From positions 32,001 through 96,000 of the forward strand of contig CAVSGM010000009.1 in assembly GCA_963727485.1 (NCBI GenBank): 64,000 bases of DNA, in the 5' to 3' direction. The position numbers and the translations under genes are program-made. Source of the stretch: an uncultured delta proteobacterium. GTDB taxonomy: Bacteria > Myxococcota > Myxococcia > SLRQ01. This document shows positions 63,838-64,000 of this stretch, one piece after another. The notes beneath the pieces are model-generated. The model was not told the origin of the DNA. It worked only from the letters and a program-made list of their open reading frames with translations, and did no database searches. Within the stretch, counting starts at the first letter, position 1. The number at the start of each line of letters is the position of its first letter.

Positions 63838-64000
63838 CTAGTACGACAGGGCGCAGTAGCCGCCGGCCGCGTTCACCCAGTTCTGCTGGATGAGGTAGTC
63901 CATGCCGCCGAGGTTCATGTTGGCGCTGGCGCCATTGGCGGTGGTGTACTCGGTCCCGAAGGTCCAGGCGCACTTGTCGGCGTTCTCGGAGCCGCGCTTG
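63838..64000 (-). CDS. C-terminus of a Phi-1/EXORDIUM-like protein (5' end outside window)
   Basis: Translates KRGSENADKCAWTFGTEYTTANGASANMNLGGMDYLIQQNWVNAAGGYCALSY-stop. Confidence 0.7.
   Translation of the reverse strand, partial: KRGSENADKCAWTFGTEYTTANGASANMNLGGMDYLIQQNWVNAAGGYCALSY

Overview
Very GC-rich bacterial DNA. Gene content (sigma-54 regulators, PEGA Ser/Thr kinases, FHA-GAF adenylate cyclase, DGG-repeat lipoproteins, multi-domain DsbA) points to a Myxococcota/deltaproteobacterial genome, probably from an imperfectly polished long-read assembly with many 1-bp indels. Left to right: an ECF sigma/anti-sigma pair; a sigma-54 two-component system and CusCBA copper/silver efflux operon; Lgt-like, GDT1 and DUF547 genes; a TusA/ThiI-like sulfur-relay unit; two tandem triple-domain DsbA genes with repeated intergenic blocks; kinases, a structured intergenic region and glutamate dehydrogenase; a coupled four-gene membrane operon of unknown function; an ECF42/DGPF module; a cyclase/kinase pair; truD; lipoproteins; a ~15.5 kb gene for a ~5,180-aa DUF11-repeat/OmpA/beta-barrel surface protein; an apparently circularly permuted esterase lipoprotein; IDH-family, SDR and MshEN genes. 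No rRNA, tRNA, CRISPR array or transposase was seen. Best candidates for new biology: the giant self-anchoring adhesin with Lys/Asn covariation, the four-gene membrane operon, the permuted esterase, and an EF-hand pair inserted into CusA. All family assignments are from motif recognition by eye, not database searches.
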